IMG/VR virus record: IMGVR_UViG_3300045988_079978 | Direction: 5' to 3' (one strand) | From: a virus | Length of the DNA: 60,599 nt | Shown: one piece after another, positions 9,611-19,722 of the stretch | How the letters are laid out: the number at the start of each line of letters is the position of its first letter | How positions within the stretch are numbered: position 1 is the first letter of the stretch | Position numbers and translations under genes: made by a program | The notes under the pieces: generated by a model | Database searches by the model: none | What the model was told of the DNA's origin: nothing | The model's input: only the letters and a program-made list of their open reading frames with translations

Positions 9611-10048
9611 CTACACTCCAGGGAACGCTGTCGCTGCATCACTGTCTTTGATTTCTGAATCACGTACTATAGTCATAGTCATTTCTCTCGCTGCATTTGC
9701 TTCTGCACCATTAACTGTCACTGATAAAACACCGGACCATGAAAACTGCCCGTCTGCTCCGTCTGCTCCAAAATCCAGCTGAAAAATCTGCTGTTTGCCA
9801 GCCACTTTTTTTACTGCTGCATAATTTTCCTTTGTGTAGTTCGCTTTGAACTGCATGTCGTCAGCAGATCTTACTCCCGGTACAGATGTTTCGTCCGTGT
9901 CTTCAAGATCGGTCACGGAAATTTTTTCCGGTGTCCCTCCGAGGTCTGGATACGATTTTATTTTACAAATTTTTGCTACTGTAGAACCTTTATCGCCGGC
10001 CTTAAGAACAGTATTAATAGTACTAAGTGCCTTTGCTGCGTTAGCCAT
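9611..10048 (-). CDS. Major tail (tube) protein, 145 aa
   Basis: Position after the neck genes, small size, and the absence of any sheath gene, which indicates a siphovirus. Confidence 0.6.
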   Translation of the reverse strand: MANAAKALSTINTVLKAGDKGSTVAKICKIKSYPDLGGTPEKISVTDLEDTDETSVPGVRSADDMQFKANYTKENYAAVKKVAGKQQIFQLDFGADGADGQFSWSGVLSVTVNGAEANAAREMTMTIVRDSEIKDSDAATAFPGV

Positions 10049-10138
10049 AATATACCTACCTTTCTACCGCTTAACTAATGCGGTCAGCGAATGCCTCCTA
10101 ATGGCATCCGGTAAAATTACATATTAAAACAGGGAGAT

Positions 10139-10561
10139 TTACGCTCCCTTAGTTTCAAATTTCTCTATTTCATCTACCGCTGAGACAAGTCTTGTAAACC
10201 TTGCCACTGTACGATAGATACTTGTGTCTGATGCATTTGTGACAGGCTTCGGACCGTATGTACGGCGATATCCCATCATTCGCATTGCATCACAACATTT
10301 ATTTATGATATTCCTTGCTTCCGTGTTGCTTTTATTGGAATAACACTGAATCTCAATTACAGAAGTTACGGCGTTTTCGTTATTCTCCAAATCCATACAT
10401 GCATCTGGATTATCAATTTGAACAACCGACACTGCCGGGAATTCTGGCGGTGCTTTACTGGAATAATTAGATACATTTTTACAAGTTGCTGCAACATAGG
10501 TTTTTATGTTGGTCAAAACTCTATTTGATGCGTCAATCACTTCCGAACACCTCCCTTGCAA
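10139..10561 (-). CDS. Tail terminator / tail completion protein (DUF3168-like)
   Basis: Synteny only: it is the last neck gene before the tube. Confidence 0.4.
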   Translation of the reverse strand: MQGRCSEVIDASNRVLTNIKTYVAATCKNVSNYSSKAPPEFPAVSVVQIDNPDACMDLENNENAVTSVIEIQCYSNKSNTEARNIINKCCDAMRMMGYRRTYGPKPVTNASDTSIYRTVARFTRLVSAVDEIEKFETKGA

Positions 10562-11048
10562 TTTCCAATATCTTATCTCTCATTTCTACGCTGGCATTAT
10601 ACATTGGCATACAAGCTTTAGTGCCATATGTGTGATACCATTCTCCGCCCTCTTCTTTCTGATACCACCAACCATTAGGGTCGTCCCAATGTCCCTTATT
10701 GGACGGATACGTACCGGGACCATAGCCAAGTTCATCTGCCTTTGGATTTTTAGTGCCAGAATATTTTACACCAGCTCCAAATTCAAGAAAAAGAATGGCG
10801 TTACTTTCAACAACAACTGCCATCTTTGTAACTTTTCCATCCGAGTTATTCTCAACCCGTAAACTTCCAATGGTCTGTCCAGTATCTACATGTTCGATTA
10901 GTATTGATTCTGCCTTTTGTAGACCTATTTCCGAAAGTCTGTAAGCGAATTCCTCACATTTTTCTTGCAGATCCATTCGATAATCATGTATCTGATCTGC
11001 CAACTCACGAAATTCTCTAGCGGATAATCCCACTTTATACCTAGGCAT
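10533..11048 (-). CDS. HK97 gp10-like neck / tail-completion protein
   Basis: Synteny and size (171 aa). Confidence 0.4.
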   Translation of the reverse strand: MPRYKVGLSAREFRELADQIHDYRMDLQEKCEEFAYRLSEIGLQKAESILIEHVDTGQTIGSLRVENNSDGKVTKMAVVVESNAILFLEFGAGVKYSGTKNPKADELGYGPGTYPSNKGHWDDPNGWWYQKEEGGEWYHTYGTKACMPMYNASVEMRDKILEIAREVFGSD

Positions 11049-11421
11049 TTTTCTTCCTCGCTTTCAGGGCAACTACCAATTCGTTTAATCCATCTGCTAT
11101 ACCGGCTACAGTATAGTCGGCTGATTCTTTATCGACCGTACCATCTGCATTCAGAATCGGCTCAGACTTCCAAATAAGAGATTCTTCTGTTATAGGAAGT
11201 TTCTGAACTGTTGATAGCGTTCTGGTGTAGTCCAAATTCGTTCCAAATACATCGGCATAGGCATTTCCTTTGTTTGCCGATAAAGTAGCGAAAAAAGAAA
11301 CAGGAGAACCATAACCACTGTCATAATCTCCCGTCTCATCACCGTTTTCATCCAGTATCGGATTCCCTTTTCCGTAATTCGAATACCATAATTTTGTTTC
11401 ATTTTTCTTTAAGTTTCTCAA
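11041..11421 (-). CDS. Head closure / head-tail adaptor protein
   Basis: Synteny. TTG start with GGAGGG 8 nt upstream. Confidence 0.35.
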   Translation of the reverse strand: MRNLKKNETKLWYSNYGKGNPILDENGDETGDYDSGYGSPVSFFATLSANKGNAYADVFGTNLDYTRTLSTVQKLPITEESLIWKSEPILNADGTVDKESADYTVAGIADGLNELVVALKARKKNA

Positions 11422-11546
11422 TGTGCTATCCCTCCACCATCATTGCACATATTTCCCTGCGACCATTCCGGCAGAATCACCGCTTTGGTCACGCACAATC
11501 TTCTTACAACTTTACCCTGTTGCCGGGAGATAATTGGATCACCGCC

Positions 11547-11891
11547 TTACTGAGCCGATAACACTGTTGCAAAAGGAATTACCTGACTCAAGATATCATC
11601 TCTGCTTACGAAAGTTCTTGAAATACCACTATCGGAATAGCTCGAATGTCCTTCTGCTCCAATGGTATTCCAATCATATAAAGCGAGACGCTTAATTATT
11701 GGTTTCATTTTTTTCAGATCCTTTTCTTTGAATTCATCTGTGTGATGACCTTGATAATTTCTTGCACATTCAACGTCATCCACAGCATTTCTCACCTTAA
11801 CCAACAGAAGAGCTTGATCGTTTTCTCCTGTCAGCTCTGAATTCAATTCAGTTTTCAAGTCGGAAAATATACTATCTATAAGCTCTTCCAT
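11547..11891 (-). CDS. Head-tail connector (gp6-like)
   Basis: First ORF after the capsid gene, 114 aa. Confidence 0.45.
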   Translation of the reverse strand: MEELIDSIFSDLKTELNSELTGENDQALLLVKVRNAVDDVECARNYQGHHTDEFKEKDLKKMKPIIKRLALYDWNTIGAEGHSSYSDSGISRTFVSRDDILSQVIPFATVLSAQ

Positions 11892-11905
11892 CGATCATTT
11901 ACTCC

Positions 11906-13192
11906 TTAACCTTCGGCTTTTGCAGTTACCGTTGTACTTCCGGCCTTTAAAACCTCATAGTTCTTGTCGCATTCAGCAACGATGATATGTTTTCCACTCT
12001 CTGCTACGATATCTGACTTACCGTCCCAAGACTTCCAAACACGAACATTCTGTCCAGCTTCAACTGTGGTCTCTTCATCGGAAACTTTATATTTATAAGA
12101 ATTTCCGGAAGTGAGTGCAGGCGTTACAGTCAGTTTTGTTGCTCCCACAGCTGTTCCAGCAGCTGACTGTACTGTGAGCGTTCCAAGTTCAGCCGGCGCA
12201 CTGGCACTTACCTGTACATAGCGTCTTGCCATATCTTCATCGTGTGGTGTTCTCATGCTCAGATTAGTAATCTTTGCTGAATACCATTCTGGGCCGTGAT
12301 CAAGACCAATCTGTCCGAAGATCTGTTTCTTTGTTCCTGCACCGACTTTTGCAAGTTCTTCAAGGAAGAAGTTTCCTTTTTCCGGTACAATCTGTTCAAC
12401 CGGTGCCATGATAGATGGGTCAAACAATGCAACTGTTCCCGTTGGAAGATATTTCAGAGTCTTAAGATATACAGTTCCAAGCGGTGTAAGTACCTGATCT
12501 ACTGCAATACCATTGATATCTCTTCCAGCACTCACGATTGTCAATCCGTTAGCTGCTGCATCCGCGTTAAGCTGTAATCTTCCGGTAGAATCAAGCCCTA
12601 CTACAAGGTTTGTTGTATCTCCGTTAGAATCATCAATGCACTTCATAGCTTCGCACAGCAGCATAAACGAAAGCATCTTTCCATCTGCATCAACGATATT
12701 TGATTTAATTGCATTAAGGAGACCTCTTGATTTATTCGGAACATTGTCACCTGTTGACTTCTGATATTTTCCGTTAAGGAATGTGTACTCAATGTCCTGC
12801 CCGATTTTAGCCATTTTAGCAGCAATCTGGAAATCTTCTTCACTAACTGGATTAGCCTGCTGTCCTGCAACATTAATTCCTGAAAGAGTTCCCATGTTAG
12901 ACATCTTTCCGTAAGAAATTCCAACGCTTTCCTGGAAAATCTGAGTAACATTTGTCTTCTGCTCTCTTTTCAGAACAGATGCATCCGGTGCTGTCAATGA
13001 TTCAGCTTCCGAAATATTTGGCTGAGATCCTTCCGCTGTCTCATATTCCTGTCCTGTTACGAATTCTGTGTGATTTGTAAATTTTCTGTGCGCACCAATC
13101 ATTGTCGAAAATGGTGTCTTGGTATTACCTTTGTTAAAAAGCATACCGCTAAAATTAGGAGTGTTTCCACTCATTGCAAATGTGTCTGCCAT
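11906..13192 (-). CDS. Major capsid protein with a C-terminal Ig-like extension
   Basis: 428 aa and directly after the scaffold gene. The C-terminal ~90 aa are beta-rich (TLTVQSAAGTAVGATKLTVTPALTSGNSYKYKV). Confidence 0.75.
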   Translation of the reverse strand: MADTFAMSGNTPNFSGMLFNKGNTKTPFSTMIGAHRKFTNHTEFVTGQEYETAEGSQPNISEAESLTAPDASVLKREQKTNVTQIFQESVGISYGKMSNMGTLSGINVAGQQANPVSEEDFQIAAKMAKIGQDIEYTFLNGKYQKSTGDNVPNKSRGLLNAIKSNIVDADGKMLSFMLLCEAMKCIDDSNGDTTNLVVGLDSTGRLQLNADAAANGLTIVSAGRDINGIAVDQVLTPLGTVYLKTLKYLPTGTVALFDPSIMAPVEQIVPEKGNFFLEELAKVGAGTKKQIFGQIGLDHGPEWYSAKITNLSMRTPHDEDMARRYVQVSASAPAELGTLTVQSAAGTAVGATKLTVTPALTSGNSYKYKVSDEETTVEAGQNVRVWKSWDGKSDIVAESGKHIIVAECDKNYEVLKAGSTTVTAKAEG

Positions 13193-13209
13193 TTTTTAAA
13201 TCTCCTTTT

Positions 13210-13782
13210 CTATTTTGCGTTAGCTTCTGCCTGCTGACGAATGAGAGATGCTACCATGACCATATCTCCTCTTTCCTGAGCTTCCGCAATTTGTTTACTG
13301 TAATCTACTGTTTTCTGGTTGCCTGACGGAGGTGCTGGCATATCCTTCATGATTTCTGCTTTAATGCTTTTGCGCACTTCATCATCATGCTTCTGCTGGA
13401 TTTTGAATACTGTATCCATATCTCCATCGTAAAGAGCTTCGGCAATGTCGAATGCGTCCTTAGGATCGTATTTCTGAGCAAGATACTGTTTCTCGTACTT
13501 CGAAACTTTGTTTTCACGGCGAAGGCTTTTTAACTCCTCTTCTGCCTGAGCTTTCTGCTCAGCTTCTTCAATAGCCTTTCGCTCCTGTTCGGAACTTGCT
13601 GCTTTCCACTTTTTCTTGTAATCAGCTGCTTCGGAATTTGCTTTTTCCAGAAGTGATTTAGGGACAAATCCTTCAAACTGACTTTTGTCAACTAAGTCTT
13701 TTTCGGCTAACACCGCATTAACTTCATCAAAAGTCATATCTTCTTTATAAGCATCGCCGAGCAAATCTTTTAAGTCTGCCAT
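13210..13782 (-). CDS. Scaffolding protein
   Basis: 190 aa, strongly charged and coiled-coil, located between the portal and capsid genes. Confidence 0.7.
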   Translation of the reverse strand: MADLKDLLGDAYKEDMTFDEVNAVLAEKDLVDKSQFEGFVPKSLLEKANSEAADYKKKWKAASSEQERKAIEEAEQKAQAEEELKSLRRENKVSKYEKQYLAQKYDPKDAFDIAEALYDGDMDTVFKIQQKHDDEVRKSIKAEIMKDMPAPPSGNQKTVDYSKQIAEAQERGDMVMVASLIRQQAEANAK

Positions 13783-13932
13783 TTTCTTACCTCCTGCGTT
13801 TTATACGAGTTCCCTCTCGATTAAATTTCTTAATGTTCCGTTTTTAAGACTTGTCTTGTCTCTTGCGTTTTTGAATAGCTTCCCTGCTATGTATATAAAA
13901 AGCACCCCACCATAAGGTGAGATGCTAATTTA

Positions 13933-15459
13933 TCAATCTGAAACTGATTTTTGAGACGGCTGATCTGTTATATCTGGCTGTCTCTTTTTGTACGGATCAT
14001 CATTTTTATCATCCGTCTTGTCTTCCGGAGTATCATTCGGGAACAGAACTTTATCAATTCTCTCCGCAGAATCAAGTGCTACCTGTTGTGGATCCGTGAA
14101 TAATCCGACCGTCTCAATCGCCCTTAACGGGTCAATTCCAATATGAATTAATGTTGCAAGCGAATTACATTTCGTAGCCAAGTCGTATGTACGTGACCTT
14201 GAAAACTTAATATCTAAATCAGCTAAGCTGAGTTCGGAAATATCATCATCAACTTCATCACTATTTTTGATAATGCTTAAAATGACGGCCGTTTCTCTTC
14301 TTTCAGATGCGGTCCAAATCTGTTCCTTTGCTTTCGCATCTGTTTCTGCTGCCATCCAACCAGTTGACATATTCGTGGCACTTCCTGTACTACCACCAGA
14401 CAATTCCGAACGACTTGGAACACTGCATATATCAAGAATTTGCTGTTTGATGTAATCAACTAATAACTGATTACCGGATTGGTCAAGCGCGCACTCTAAA
14501 TATTTCAATGTTGCCGTTCTTCCGGTCGGTGATTTAGTAACAATCATTCCATCCTGACGCATCTGTTTGTACTGCTCATCGTCAATTTCAATGTTGTCAC
14601 CCCATAACAGGTTTTGAACGTGTTGTGCAATGTCATTTACTCTATCCGAATCTGTAGTATTCAATGCATCCATCAATGGGATTGCCTTTTCAAAGCACCC
14701 CATACGGTCAAAATCATTGATATATTCTATAATCGGGACTTGCCCTAAAACATTCGGCAATACTTTAAAGTCCTGATAATAAGAACTGGAGGAGACACCT
14801 CTTTCAATTTCAAAATACTGATTTTTCGCATAGCATCCAAAAAGAATAGAGCCATCACTTCTCGGGAAATAGGTTACTCCAAGAACCGGCTCCCTATAGG
14901 CATCATTGCTATATACAACGAATGTATTCATAGGATTCAGAACCAATAAATCGAATACCGAACTTCCAGTTTTGAAACGTTTCGGCAATATCAACCTGTA
15001 TCCGACACCGCAAGTCTTTACATCTTTTGCCAATTGCAGATCCTTTGATGATTTGCTCTCTTCTGTCAGCATTTCATTGATTGCAGCAATCCTCATATCT
15101 TCAATCTGTGATTCTTTACTGCCGAATATCTTCTGGATAGCTCTTTTGAAAAATCCGGCACTCTTCATATCTTTTCTTGCACGTTGTACATATGTAATTG
15201 GCGAGCCGAATTCATATCCCAATTTGAATTCAAGAATTTCAGATGCCATGTTATCAACGATTCGCTCATTGATTTCTGGCCGGACTTCCTTTTCTCTTTT
15301 CAGAATTGGCTGTTTGCCTCTTGCGTATTCAAAAAGATACTGAATTTCGCTCCTGTTCATTTCATGGATTGTATAAGCTTCACTAAGTACAGGAAGTATA
15401 TTTGTCGCATCTATATTCAGTTCGTCTGTAAAAATCTGTTTTCTTCCAAATAACTCCAC
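13933..15459 (-). CDS. Portal protein (SPP1 gp6-like)
   Basis: 508 aa. N-terminal pattern NILPVLSEAY...NRSEIQYLFEYARGKQPIL. Position downstream of the terminase gene. Confidence 0.8.
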   Translation of the reverse strand: MELFGRKQIFTDELNIDATNILPVLSEAYTIHEMNRSEIQYLFEYARGKQPILKREKEVRPEINERIVDNMASEILEFKLGYEFGSPITYVQRARKDMKSAGFFKRAIQKIFGSKESQIEDMRIAAINEMLTEESKSSKDLQLAKDVKTCGVGYRLILPKRFKTGSSVFDLLVLNPMNTFVVYSNDAYREPVLGVTYFPRSDGSILFGCYAKNQYFEIERGVSSSSYYQDFKVLPNVLGQVPIIEYINDFDRMGCFEKAIPLMDALNTTDSDRVNDIAQHVQNLLWGDNIEIDDEQYKQMRQDGMIVTKSPTGRTATLKYLECALDQSGNQLLVDYIKQQILDICSVPSRSELSGGSTGSATNMSTGWMAAETDAKAKEQIWTASERRETAVILSIIKNSDEVDDDISELSLADLDIKFSRSRTYDLATKCNSLATLIHIGIDPLRAIETVGLFTDPQQVALDSAERIDKVLFPNDTPEDKTDDKNDDPYKKRQPDITDQPSQKSVSD

Positions 15460-15593
15460 TTAGTTCCACCTCTGCATAAAAAAAGAACCTCACGTGACGG
15501 TACCGCGCAAAGCTCTTTTTCTCTTAATAATGAACGAATTACAATTTCTTCGATTATAATTTTACTACTGTAAAATGTGCATTTTGTGCAAAT

Positions 15594-16037
15594 TTAGGCA
15601 GAAACGTATTTTTTTATCCTTTTTGACACAACTGATCTATCTAATCCAACTTTCATGGCTATCTGTTGCTGAGACATTCCGTCTTTCGTGTATTCCAAAA
15701 TCATCTTGTCTTCAATATCTTTCGCATTCGCAATCACTGTATCAATCGCTGCTTCCAATTCATTCAGTCTACGAATATCATCTTGAATCTTAACTTCCAT
15801 CTCACGGCATTTCTGGTCCCATTCTTGTCGTTGACGAATCTCAGCATCTGTACAACCACCGACCGTGAATCCACGTGGCTCATATGGAAAATTTGGATTG
15901 GATCCGTATACCTTGCCGGAATATGTAGATGGCTGTTTTGCAATATACCGGTCAAGTTTTCTCTGGTCCCTTTCAAGGAGGATCTTTAATAATTTATAGT
16001 TTGCAATATCTTTTCTTGTAAGCTTCATCTCAATCAT
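15594..16037 (-). CDS. Sigma-70 region-4-like HTH protein (ArpU/DUF1492-like putative late regulator)
   Basis: C-terminal ILEYTKDGMSQQQIAMKVGLDRSVVSKRIKK resembles a region-4 HTH. It also has a coiled-coil middle section. Confidence 0.5.
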   Translation of the reverse strand: MIEMKLTRKDIANYKLLKILLERDQRKLDRYIAKQPSTYSGKVYGSNPNFPYEPRGFTVGGCTDAEIRQRQEWDQKCREMEVKIQDDIRRLNELEAAIDTVIANAKDIEDKMILEYTKDGMSQQQIAMKVGLDRSVVSKRIKKYVSA

Positions 16038-16042
16038 CCTCC

Positions 16043-17701
16043 TTAAATTCCAAGTGCTGCTCTGCTATATGTTGTTACTGTTGCGCCGATTAGATTCTGT
16101 ACAAATAATGCAAAGCTGGCCAATCCATCCGGTACATCATCATGTGGGTTCTTTCCACGAACTGAATAACTCAGCAAGAATCCCATCATCTTTCCGTAAT
16201 CACTCTTTGGCTGATACTCTGTTCTTGCCTTAAACAGGACGTGTTTCTTAACCCAATCAGCATTTACTATGATCTTCGTTTCCTTGTTCGATTCCGTATA
16301 TTTCGATGTGATATTGCACACACCACCTTTTGCTTCTACAAGTTTACTTACTTCCAACGCAACACGATCACCACCGTTATTGCTTTCGAATTGGCACTGT
16401 TGCATCTTGTTGTCTACTATTAAATCTGAGGTCCGTTCGTATTGAACGCCGTAATCTGTATTATCATCACAGACACAAGCCGTAAGATAATAGTCATTGC
16501 CATACTTCAACAGGCACGGTAAGAACATGGAGTCTGTACCGGTATTCTTCGTATCGCATATTCCAAGAATTGCATCCGGTTCTCCAAGTGGCAGCGTAAT
16601 GAATCTTCTAAGCTCTTCATCCGTATACAGAAGTCCTTCACGTTCGATAGGTTCATTCTTGTACAGGCACTTATAAGAGATTTCATCCATTGTAAGTTCC
16701 TGATCGTGGAAGAAATCAACACTGAATCCGTTGTATTTATAGTCGAAATTCGATTCTCCGGTAACAGGATCTATGTCTGGAATAGCAATAAATCGAGCCT
16801 TATCATTTCCCTCGTAGATATCAATCAATCGTCCAATCACATCATGCACGGACCATCTGGTAGCAATATGGATTTCTTTACAGCCGTCCATTTTTCGCTG
16901 TTTAGCATCGGTACCGTAGATTCTCCATAACTTGTCCAGAATATTTTTATTCAGTGCTTCTTCGATACCACCAATCAAATCATCACAATACAGGTATCTA
17001 TTGGCGCGGACTTTACCGGCATTCTTACTTCCAACAGATGTACACTGGATATTTGAGAACGGTTTGTATTTGTTGAAGTTGATGGTTTCTCTCTTGGCAT
17101 TTGTGCTATGAAATTTCACGTCTGGGAAAATCTCTTGCCAGCAATATTCATCTGAGTTCGTTGTGATATCCATTACCCCGTCATAGAACATTCTGGTAAT
17201 ATCTCCACTGTGTGAGAAAAACAAACTGAAATCATCCGGGTGTCTTCCAATTATCCATGAACAGAAAAACTTTTCAAGAGTGGTCTTCTGTGTACCAGGT
17301 GGCATGGAAATTGAAAGAATATCCAATTTATCATCTTCCATGTCCTGTAGGGATTGAATCAATCCATGCTTATTCAGTTGCTTTCTTTTTGGAGAATAAA
17401 AACGATCCTGTTCTAATCGCTTTCGCTCAAGATAGAGCAGATAGCTGTCAAATAAATGTGGTGCTTCGAATTTCACCGCTTGCCAGTAGAGGTCCTCGAA
17501 CCGAACATCCCGGTTCTGCAGAAGTAGTCTCTGAGCAGATAATTTCACAGCTTTTGAAAGCTTCAAGCAATATTTGAGATAGTCTTGATTGTCTTCATAC
17601 ATATTCAAGCATAACTGCATGATATTATCCCATGTGCTGTATTTATTTGATGGTTGCATCTTCAATGCATTGGCTATTCGCTTGTATTCCGTAAAATTCA
17701 T
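16043..17701 (-). CDS. terL: Terminase large subunit
   Basis: Walker A-like SMPPGTQKTT and Walker B-like YLYCDDLIGG. RBS AAGGAGG lies before ATG 17701. Confidence 0.85.
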   Translation of the reverse strand: MNFTEYKRIANALKMQPSNKYSTWDNIMQLCLNMYEDNQDYLKYCLKLSKAVKLSAQRLLLQNRDVRFEDLYWQAVKFEAPHLFDSYLLYLERKRLEQDRFYSPKRKQLNKHGLIQSLQDMEDDKLDILSISMPPGTQKTTLEKFFCSWIIGRHPDDFSLFFSHSGDITRMFYDGVMDITTNSDEYCWQEIFPDVKFHSTNAKRETINFNKYKPFSNIQCTSVGSKNAGKVRANRYLYCDDLIGGIEEALNKNILDKLWRIYGTDAKQRKMDGCKEIHIATRWSVHDVIGRLIDIYEGNDKARFIAIPDIDPVTGESNFDYKYNGFSVDFFHDQELTMDEISYKCLYKNEPIEREGLLYTDEELRRFITLPLGEPDAILGICDTKNTGTDSMFLPCLLKYGNDYYLTACVCDDNTDYGVQYERTSDLIVDNKMQQCQFESNNGGDRVALEVSKLVEAKGGVCNITSKYTESNKETKIIVNADWVKKHVLFKARTEYQPKSDYGKMMGFLLSYSVRGKNPHDDVPDGLASFALFVQNLIGATVTTYSRAALGI

Positions 17702-17787
17702 CTGCTCACCTCCTTGTAAATCAAAAAAGAGCCAATATCTGCGATTTCTCACAAATATCAGCTCTGGCTCTTAGGCTCTGGCACTAA

Positions 17788-18192
17788 TTATTTTTCATCA
17801 ATAGCAACCGTTCCAGTCGTGTAGTACACCACATGGCGTTTACCATTTTCATCATCAAATAAGATCCGATCATCGTCATACTCAACATCAAATTTACCTT
17901 CATATTGCTTTATGACTTTCCCGTTAACATCATAAATCGTCACAGTTCTCTCAATTCCTGAATTAAAATTTGATTCTTGAGACTTTAATGCTCTCTTCCC
18001 GCTTTCAGTATTGTTGTAATATGCATTCATACCTACAAATAAACCAATGCATAATACAACAGCGATTCCGATTGAAGTTATCCACGGAACGGGTCCGCCA
18101 CTTTCATCAAACCAATACCATGCAATAAATAGCGCAATCATTAAAATACAAATTGCAATTATCCCGAACAAAAACCAACCACCTATTGTCAT
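17788..18192 (-). CDS. Membrane protein (2 TM) with a C-terminal beta-rich domain
   Basis: Hydrophobic N-terminal half. Confidence 0.5.
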   Translation of the reverse strand: MTIGGWFLFGIIAICILMIALFIAWYWFDESGGPVPWITSIGIAVVLCIGLFVGMNAYYNNTESGKRALKSQESNFNSGIERTVTIYDVNGKVIKQYEGKFDVEYDDDRILFDDENGKRHVVYYTTGTVAIDEK

Positions 18193-18204
18193 TTCGTGAT
18201 TCCC

Positions 18205-18402
18205 TTACCTTTCCATCTTTGATTGCCGAACAATGTGTTCATACATTTTTCTACATCTGTCCGCATTTTTACAACGAATATCTGTAAGATGCGATTTTTC
18301 TCCAAATGTGCTAACATCTAACTTTTCAACGTCGGCTTCAAAATCTCCGCATCCCTCGCAATACTCTTCTAGGTGCAGACTAAAAGTTTTACAAGTAATC
18401 AT
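18205..18402 (-). CDS. Small Cys-rich protein (65 aa)
   Basis: ATGA start/stop overlap with the upstream ORF. Confidence 0.45.
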   Translation of the reverse strand: MITCKTFSLHLEEYCEGCGDFEADVEKLDVSTFGEKSHLTDIRCKNADRCRKMYEHIVRQSKMER

Positions 18403-18551
18403 CGTTTTATCTTCCCATCCTTAATCACTGGATAATACGCTTTTTTGCAGTGCTTACACCATATCGGCGTATTTTCAATATTGGAATTTTTCCCTATCCG
18501 CTGTCCAGTCTTGTGACCGGTCGGGCAGTAATACCAACCATTAACAATCAT
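18399..18551 (-). CDS. Small zinc-ribbon protein (50 aa, MIVNGWYYCPTGHKTGQRIG...WCKHCKK)
   Basis: Found by hand translation, as it is below the ORF-track length cutoff. Has CxxH...CxxC and an ATGA overlap with the next ORF. Confidence 0.4.
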   Translation of the reverse strand: MIVNGWYYCPTGHKTGQRIGKNSNIENTPIWCKHCKKAYYPVIKDGKIKR

Positions 18552-18556
18552 GGTAT

Positions 18557-18880
18557 TTATTCCTCATAAATAATATCCAACCCATAAGCAACCGCAGCAT
18601 CATGTTCAATTTTACATCCTCTTGCATTCTCCCAGCCTTTACAGAAATATGCTGCATGGCATAAACTCATGTTTTCCAGTGACTTAGCAAGAAAGCATAA
18701 TGGAATCTGAACTACTCCACGTTCTTTCATAGATTCATTGCTGTACCATTCATCTGTAAAGAGAGTATTTACAATCTCATATCCTTTTTCCTCAAGAACC
18801 TTGATTGCTTTCTCTCTTGTTGCTACGATTTCTTCATCAGTCTTTCCAGCCATTGGCTGGCTTAACATTGCTTTCTTCAT
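18557..18880 (-). CDS. DUF4406 / nucleoside 2-deoxyribosyltransferase-like protein
   Basis: MKKAMLSQPMAGKTDEEI... matches the family's N-terminal pattern. RBS CAGGAGG lies before ATG 18880. Confidence 0.5.
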   Translation of the reverse strand: MKKAMLSQPMAGKTDEEIVATREKAIKVLEEKGYEIVNTLFTDEWYSNESMKERGVVQIPLCFLAKSLENMSLCHAAYFCKGWENARGCKIEHDAAVAYGLDIIYEE

Positions 18881-18882
18881 GA

Positions 18883-19182
18883 TTAATCCTCCTGTTCGCC
18901 AGGGCGTTTGCTTATTGGCTCTACTCCAATCAAGCACCCATTTCCGGCATATGCTATAAATTCAAATTTATTATTCACAACAACCTTTGATGTTTCGCTG
19001 AAAGGCTCTATCAGTTGATATGTCTCAAATATTGGCAGATACAGTGCTTTTGGTGTTTGCCAGTACAGTTTCCTTTTACCATCAAGTTTCCATCCTGCAT
19101 CCGTAGTAATTGTTTCAAACCTTAAAATTCCAATAACTTCCTGCCCCGTTGTTTCAATATGTGCAATTGCTTTTTGTATCAT
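18883..19182 (-). CDS. Hypothetical protein (99 aa)
   Basis: The likely start is MIQKAIAHIE, which gives an ATGA overlap with the upstream ORF. Confidence 0.4.
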   Translation of the reverse strand: MIQKAIAHIETTGQEVIGILRFETITTDAGWKLDGKRKLYWQTPKALYLPIFETYQLIEPFSETSKVVVNNKFEFIAYAGNGCLIGVEPISKRPGEQED

Positions 19183-19694
19183 TCCGCAAATACCCAGTCT
19201 TCCGCAAGCATATCTGCCTGACTTGCGAGCCATCCTATCTGTACTCCTGATGTTCCGACAAATGCAATAGCCATGTTTCCGATAGCATCATGTTCGCAGT
19301 TTACAATTTTTCCATCCGCTGTCTTGTAAGAAATACCAGTAGCAAGCTGAATGTACTGCTTCTTACCATTCCAACCTTTACGAGCTACTTTAAGGCCTCT
19401 TTTCAGATAACGAATAGCATCATCAAAGCCAAATGTTGACTGACCACCGAGAACACCGCAATTCTCTTCATCAGCAATCATCCAATCGTCTCTCTGTGTG
19501 TGCATGAAAGTATATTCCACTCTCTGCGTTTCACGGATATCAAGAACATCTCCCTGTCCTTTGTCGGAATCCTTTGGTCTGCAATGAATCATAATCGTCT
19601 TTTTATCATCATCCCAACACCAGTAACCGTTCCAACCAGGAAGTTTCACTTTTGCTCCATGTTTCATTGCTTCAAATGCTTCTTTAAATGTTAT
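19179..19694 (-). CDS. Tandem DUF2829 (Tad2-like) protein; the ancestral start codon now reads ATA
   Basis: The C-terminal repeat ARKGWNGKKQYIQL...GWLASQADMLAEDW is the DUF2829 signature. The N-terminal repeat is KVKLPGWNGYWCW...DDWMIADE. AAAGGAG lies 9 nt before ATA ACA TTT (x-T-F-KEAFEAMKHG). The first ATG is at 19667. Confidence 0.65.
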   Translation of the reverse strand: MTFKEAFEAMKHGAKVKLPGWNGYWCWDDDKKTIMIHCRPKDSDKGQGDVLDIRETQRVEYTFMHTQRDDWMIADEENCGVLGGQSTFGFDDAIRYLKRGLKVARKGWNGKKQYIQLATGISYKTADGKIVNCEHDAIGNMAIAFVGTSGVQIGWLASQADMLAEDWVFAE

Positions 19695-19722
19695 CGCTCA
19701 TTTCTCCTTTCAATTAAAAAAA

